64,000 nucleotides of DNA from the NCBI RefSeq assembly GCF_009914755.1, contig NC_060929.1. One strand, given 5' to 3'. Below are positions 52,990-64,000 of the stretch, in pieces. The notes under the pieces were generated by a model. It did no database searches. It had not been told where the DNA came from and worked only from the letters and a program-made list of their open reading frames with translations. Within the stretch, counting starts at the first letter, position 1. Each line of letters starts with the position of its first letter. Made by a program: the position numbers and the translations under genes. This stretch comes from the human T2T-CHM13v2.0 reference genome, Homo sapiens.

Positions 52990-54162
52990 AAAAAAGAGAA
53001 AAAGAAAAAGAAGGAAAGAAAGAGAGAAAGGAAAGAAGAAAGGAAAGGAAAGGGGAAAAGAGAGAGAGAAATAGTAACATAAAAAGAAAAAAGATATAAA
53101 AGCTGATTGCACAAGCTTACCCTTGTGAAGATTTGTAAGCATCAGCATCTTGAATTGTGTCTGACACGTGTCAGATGCTTGGGATGAAACATCAGACTAT
53201 GAGGATGGCATATCTTTGAACGTGGCCAAGAAAAGAGACAAGGGTAAGCAAGGTCCTGTGACTTTCGCCCCAAGTAATGCAGACAGAATTACAAGTAAGA
53301 ATGAGAGCAGGTTGTACTTAGCCTCTCCCTTTCTCTGGTGGCTTTTGTGTGGTTTCCTTGGAAAGTTTTACCCTGGCATTTTTCAGAAATAGCACAGTTG
53401 TTTGGGATGATTATAGGCAATCACCCTTTCCCAGAGACTGAACTGTGTCGGGCTCATTGACCAGCCACCCCCCGGGGACCAACTAGGGAGGACATAGCTG
53501 GTCCTGCTGTTTACCAAGTATTGGATCTTGTGAGATGCCAGAAGAACCAACCTCAGGGTCTTTGGAAAGACTGACCAACCAGTCAGGATGGATTGTGGTG
53601 GTGGATCCCAAGCACTCATTTGGGAATGAGAGTGACGTTGACGGTGGAACATGAAATCCATCCCAACAGAAGAGCAAGCCTGAGAGCAAGCTCATCTGAC
53701 AGCCTGTTAAGGCACAGGCACAAAGGAGGCCATGTGAGTTGGTAGGAGAACTCCTCCTTGGAAATCTTGGAGTCTCGCTGTCCACTAAGGTAACCACTAG
53801 CACCTGAAGTCTACTGGCATAGGGGTCTACTGAGCACCTGAAGTATGGCAAGTGCAAATTGAGATATGCACAAAATATACAATTTCAAAGACTTAAGTAC
53901 AAAAAAAACTCATTAATTTTTGTGTGGATAACAATTTTTTTAATATACTACAACCAAGTAAGATTTTATTTTCACAAATGCAATGTTGGCTCACTATCCT
54001 AAAGTCAATTAAGATAATATACAATATTACTTGAATAAATGTCAAAAAAGAACATTTCAATAAACAAAGAAAAATATTTGACAAATCCAACACTCTTTGT
54101 GATAAAACCCCCAGTACACTAATAGAAAAAAAATTTTGAGTCTTGCAAAAAGTCATCTATGA

Positions 54163-54542
<380 letters not shown>

Positions 54543-54784
54543 AATTTCCACTTTTAACACTCTATTCGACACTGTTCTGCAAGTACTAGCCAGATAAATT
54601 ACACTATAAAGTGAAATGAAATTCTCCAGATTGAGAAAAAAAAAGTAGAACTCTTTTTCATTGCACACCACATAATTTTCCACAAAAAAAAAAAAAAAAA
54701 TTGTAAGGAACTTCCTAAAAACCCACTAGGACTATTAAACAAATTCATCCATGTCAAAAGATACAAGATCAACATACAAATTAA

Positions 54785-55657
<873 letters not shown>

Positions 55658-56943
55658 TAACAATTTGAAATGATAATATTTTAGATAATGGGTTAAACAA
55701 AATTTATTGTTAAAATTATTACTTGTTATGTTTTGCATTTTTGAATGTGCCTACTGGAAAAACTTTTAAGTTACATATATGGCTCATGTTACATTTCTAT
55801 TGGACACTATCACTTTAGAACTTCACATAGAATTTTTATCCCTGTTCACAATTCCAGTTAATATTTGCCTCCACTGTCTGCCCTCATCACAATGCTGCTA
55901 GGCTGTTAACAAGCCAGACTTACCCAGTATTTTTCTACCCCAGGATTTTGCCCTGGCTGCTTGCTCTACCTGGGATGCTCACTCCCCTAGACCTTCTCCC
56001 ACATGGCTCCTGTTCGACTTTTTGGTCTCTTCTTAGATGCCCTTTCTCTCTCCAGAGAGGTCTGCCTTGGCCACAGTTTGGTCACATCAACTGTTCTATT
56101 CTCTTTCCAGCACTTCTTTGTTTTGTCTGCCTTCCCAAGTATACTACGGGCTCTGTGAGAGTCTATCATGTTCATCAGTTCATTTCCTGAACTCAGAATA
56201 GCACCTCACTCATAGCTGGCCCTCCATAAATATTTCCTGAATGGCTAAATGTACTAGCCTTAAATCTGTTTAAGATTGTTTAAACTGTGTTCCAACCTGA
56301 CACCCTTTGTTTTGAGCTAATTAAGCTCCACTGAGGGCCAGCCACTGCTGGGCACTGGGCATATGGGAAGATGCCCTGGTCTCTGACCTTAGGGAGCTCA
56401 GGACCTAGTAGGTTCCAAAGACAAAAATGTCAGCAAATGGAGTTGTCATATCACATGCCATGAGCCTGTTGTTTTTATTTCACTATGCATGCCCTAAAGA
56501 AAGAACCCAACAGAGGTCAAAACACAGCAACCTCAAGCTCGTGCACCCTGTTTACCAGTAGCTGCAGACAGTTCTTGAAAAGGCAGCTCCGCTGTGCTCT
56601 ACTATTTGTGAAAAAACAGGTTAACCATTCCAAAGAACTGTGATTATGGGCAGGACCAGAGCTTGCATTTCTAACAGTAAATGAGAAGATAGTTTGAGCC
56701 CAAAGGGCACGTTTGCAGAGGCTTTTGCGGGAAGACAAACCTCCTAATTTAGCATTAGACTACAAAAGCAAGTTCTAGACTGATATGTAGAGCAAGACAC
56801 TCATTTTCCTTTATATATACCCTATAAAAGTGCAGGGAAAAGACAAATATACTCCAAATGATTAACTTTGGCTACCTCAGGGTTATGGGGAAGGGTGGGA
56901 TAATAACACACTATAAATATTTTCTTCACATGCCTCTGTAGTA

Positions 56944-57708
<765 letters not shown>

Positions 57709-58629
57709 CTACAGTGTTTTCATTTGTCACAAAAAACATAAATAGATTTTGTACTTTCAATAATGGATAAAGTTGTTTTTACTTAAAAAACTAAAAACCA
57801 GACACCACAAAGCTTTCCTGTATTTGATAGGGTCTGCTTCTCGCATCTTGAATTTTTTTTATCTCAGTTCTGTTCCTCAGCTACTAAATCAAAGATCAGC
57901 TTCCGGGCTGAGGACCCAAAAACAGGAAGTAAAGACTGAATTCACTTTGGGAGAATTTGATGATGTAATGGGTCCCTGGATATCAACCAAGCACGCTCAT
58001 ATATCACAAATCTCTTGCGATAGTTAAGGCTTCCTTAACTTCTTTAATTGGGAAGGTACCCTTTATTGAGGGCATCTGTTATAAGCCAGTTAATTTGTTG
58101 ACATCATCCTATTTTATTCCCCAATCAACTCTCAAAAGGTAGGTATTATCCCCACTTATCAGATGTAAAAACCAGGGTTCTGGGAAGTTTAATGAATTGC
58201 CCAAAGTCACAGAGCTCTTATAGTAAGAGGCAGAGACCTACTTTAAACATAGCTTTCCCAAACGTGTGCTCATTTCACCATCATTTGCTACCTCCTTAAA
58301 AAAATAAGGTAGAATGGGGTTTGGGCCACAATCCTGAACACCATAATCCCAAATATTGAAATACAAAATGTAAAAATACCCAAAAATATAATTCTGGAAA
58401 AAATAATTTTAAAAACTTTTTTAAAAGACATTTGTTTACATTTTAAAGTGGATTTATTTGAGAAACATATGAAGACATGACGAAATGCTTCATAGGCCAC
58501 CTTGTGCAATAAAATAGGCAATAATAATATACATATTTTTGCAAACATAAACACCCAAGTATACTAAGGACAGTCACATGGGTATAACAGTTATGAGCAG
58601 ACAAACTATATTCCTAAAGAAATAGCTGG

Positions 58630-59860
<1,231 letters not shown>

Positions 59861-60313
59861 CCTGTATCTTAATTACAGAGATTATGACACAAATGTATAC
59901 ATTTGTCAAAACTCACTGAAATGTACATTGGTAAATTTTATTATATGTAAATTATACTTTAATAAAGCTGATTTTTAAAACAAAAAAACTAATATGCAAT
60001 ATATTTCACCTTTAAATTTTTTTAAAAAAGAAACAGCTTATATAACCATGGTCATCTGAAATGCTATGATAGACAACCTAAGTCTTTTAATGAGATTAAT
60101 CAAAAACAGCAGAAGAAAATTCTGTCCCAACTCTCAGAGACAGACTAATTTGCCTTCAGTATTTGTTCTCTTAGGGTCCCTGGCTGATTCAATGGTGTCC
60201 ACCAACACTGAGGGCAGATCTCCCCCACCTCGCCCATTCTGATACACATACTAGTCTACTCTGGAAACACCCTCACAGACACACCCCAAAATAATGCTTT
60301 ATCACGTATCTAG

Positions 60314-60626
<313 letters not shown>

Positions 60627-61835
60627 TTAGATACTCCTTAATCCAGTCAATTTGACACCTAAAATTAAGTCTACAAGTCCATCCCTTGTCTATTTGGCAC
60701 CCATACATATCTTAAACCACACGTAATTTCCAAATGAAGACAATAACAAAGTAATAGTTCTGCCTAACAAGATGCAACTAACATAATGAGGCTATCCTGT
60801 GTACAACAGAAAATTCACTAATCGTGATTTTTGAGATTTTAGATGTTAAGGACTTAGACTTCAGGGATTTTTATCATTCAGGATTTCAGCATTCAGGACT
60901 ATGACATTCAGAATCGTGTCTTTTGGGATTGATTGGTAGTGGGTATAATGACGTATTTTGCAACTGGTTCCATAGCTGAATTCCATAGCTGAATTCTCAA
61001 TGGCAGCTCAATTCTAGGTACCTGTGAGAGGCTTCTTCCATCCAGAAGCACTTTCCTAACTATCTTTCCTTGGAGCCTGATAGACCACCAATGGAATTTG
61101 TTCCATTGGCTAAAGCATCAAATCCCCTGAGATCCATTCTCCAAGCACAAGGATCCTTAGAAATAGGTAACATGTAACATCATTATAAATCACAAATACC
61201 ATCATGTGAATTAGTTATCAGGGAAATACAGCTAGCAAGTTTCCAAGGAAATGAGACACAGGCCCAGTAGTATTTGATGCGGAGGTTGGGGAGGACATGG
61301 AGAAGGGATAGTTATAGATCAGAGTCAGGAATGTCCTTTGGGAGTGTCATTGTGGGACTGCGGATAATTAAAGGACATGGAGAAGCCAGAGGCAGAAAAA
61401 AAAAGGTGCCACTAAGGGTATGCACCACAATCCAGGTCGGGTCCGAGCTCAATTACTATGCTAATATGGTCATGGATAGACACAGAGAAGAGAAAATTGT
61501 CATATGTGTGTCCATGGATTTCTCTACGCATCTCAGCTACAAGTTCTGCCAATGCTGCCATTTGTCACAAGGGCAGTGGGGTACATGACCCCGTGTCTCA
61601 CTGAGTGGAAACCTGTCACCAAGAAGAAGACTCTAAAGGCATGTGTCCCCAGGAGTCTGCTCAGAGTGTTTATCCCACACTTAGGGCCAGGAGGCAGTTT
61701 TGGATATTTGGTTTGGAGGGTTGGAATAGGTTTAAAAAGCCAATGGATCTTATCTAGCAGTAGATTTCTGGAGCAATCTGGACAAAAATATTGTCTTCTT
61801 TCTTACATGAATGGGATGTTCTTCTCTCCCCACAG

Positions 61836-61940
61836 AAGAAGCGCACGCTGAAGGGGTCCATTGAGCTCTCCCGAATCAAATGTGTTGAGATTGTGAAAAG
61901 TGACATCAGCATCCCATGCCACTATAAATACCCGTTTCAG
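61836..61940 (+). CDS. ITK: ITK exon 2 (105 nt, PH domain)
   Basis: Polypyrimidine tract + CACAG acceptor. Translates [35 protein letters not shown], which continues ITK in frame. Donor CAG|GTAAGT. Confidence 0.98.
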
Positions 61941-62000
61941 GTAAGTCCATCAGGTGGGTAGTTCCCCATTCCCTGGACTGTGGTTAAAATCTTCAGTCAC

Positions 62001-62296
<296 letters not shown>

Positions 62297-62689
62297 TCAG
62301 TCACTGTGAGAGAGGGTGGACACGGATGACTCTCTGCCTCTCTGCTCCAAGGTTAGGACTTAGACAAATCCCATTAGGAAACGTATGTGTTCCTTCCATC
62401 AGTGACATTTATTTGTTAATTCTTTCACTTATTGAACAAAAATTAAGCACAAAATCTTGAAAAGGTGGTTATTCCTTATACCCCTTTCCCTCATGTCTTC
62501 TCTTCCTCAAGGAAAGTCCTAATTAGTGAAGGAAGAAATAAAGCTGCTATCAGGGGCCCGAAACCTAATGTGCTTTAAGTGCAGTTTACTCATGATTTGA
62601 GGCAACATATTGCAATTGCTGGGTATGAATTGCTTGGAGATTCTGAGGCAAAAAGATTCAGATTTTATAATCTGAGGACTATCTGGAAT

Positions 62690-63152
<463 letters not shown>

Positions 63153-63478
63153 GTGGAGGGTATCTTTAAAGTCCTTGTATATGAATCTTGGCACTTCTGG
63201 CTTCAAAGGCATGGATATCTCCTTGCACATCCCAGGGTACCATTCCTGCTTGCCAACCTGAGGGATGAACATATTTTTAACACGGCATAGAAAAGAACTT
63301 TTTTTCTACTAGAAAAGTGACCCTCATGAGTTGGAATTTTGAGGACTGAAAATAAAAGGAATAGCATGTATTTTTCAGTTGTTCAAAATCTCAATGATAA
63401 TGAGTGCCTAAAAGAGAGGTGAAATATAAAGAAGACTGCAGTTTAGTTAACAGTATTGTACCAATGACAATCTCTTGG

Positions 63479-63728
63479 TTTTTTTTTTTTAATTTTTTTT
63501 TATTATACTTTAAGTTTTAGGGTACATGTGCACATTGTGCAGGTTAGTTACATATGTATACATGTGCCGTGCTGGTGCGCTGCACCCACTAACTCGTCAT
63601 CTAGCATTGGGTATATCTCCCAATGCTATCCCTCCCCCCTCCCCCCACCCCACCACAGTCCCCAGAGTGTGATATTCCCCTTCCTGTGTCCATGTGATCT
63701 CATTGTTCAATTCCCACCTATGAGTGAG
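63479..63728 (-). mobile_element. Young 5'-truncated L1 (L1PA2-like) inserted in an old L1M 3' fragment
   Basis: ttatactttaagttttagggtacatgtgcacattgtgcagg…cactaactcgtcatc (GAG diagnostic, not Ta ACA); about 230 bp plus T-tail; short gtttt TSD. Confidence 0.9.
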
Positions 63729-64000
63729 TTTTGAAAGATGTGTTGTGGTTACGTAAGATGTCATCAGTGGAGAAAAGTAGGTGAAAAGTACACAGGAACT
63801 CTGTACTATTTCTGGAACTTCTTGTGAGTCTTAAACTATTTCAAAATAAGAAGTTTTCAAAACTCTCATTGCACATTTGTCATATAATATCTTTCTCTTC
63901 CATGTGCCAGAAATATTTTTTTAATCACTAAAAACTTAAGATGAGAAATAAATGTGGTTTCTAGTCAAGAGGAGAACTTTCTCCTGCTGTCTTAGTTTAG

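Noticed and set aside
60968-60996. 13-bp tandem duplication ttccatagctgaa
   Set aside because: Ordinary slippage duplication with no sign of function.

Overview
Human (or very close primate) genomic DNA matching the 5q33.3 GARIN3/ITK region. It contains the complete two-exon testis gene GARIN3 (FAM71B; minus strand, CDS 19110-18505 joined to 16600-15389, 605 aa). Divergent from it is the 5' end of the T-cell kinase ITK (plus strand; coding exon 1 33920-34057, ~27.8 kb intron 1, exon 2 61836-61940). Most of the rest is interspersed repeat: about 40 Alus, old L1/L2/MIR fragments, two solo ERV LTRs nested inside Alus (LTR2B-like, MER11-like), MLT1/LTR33-like LTRs and DNA transposons (MER20, MER33, MER58A, MER3, MER63, MER96-like, MADE1/2, Ricksha). 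Nearly all other ORFs in the track are Alu-derived or shadow ORFs. I see no convincing novel multi-gene system. The best second-look items are a 28S-rRNA 3'-end retrocopy with TSD, a probable L1 3' transduction, a TSD-bounded inverted L1 composite inside a Ricksha element, a 37-bp-arm hairpin, a MADE1 with a symmetric TIR change, T-cell TF motif clusters, and splicing features around ITK exon 2. Repeat family names are recognised by eye from memory; repeat boundaries are approximate unless a TSD is cited.
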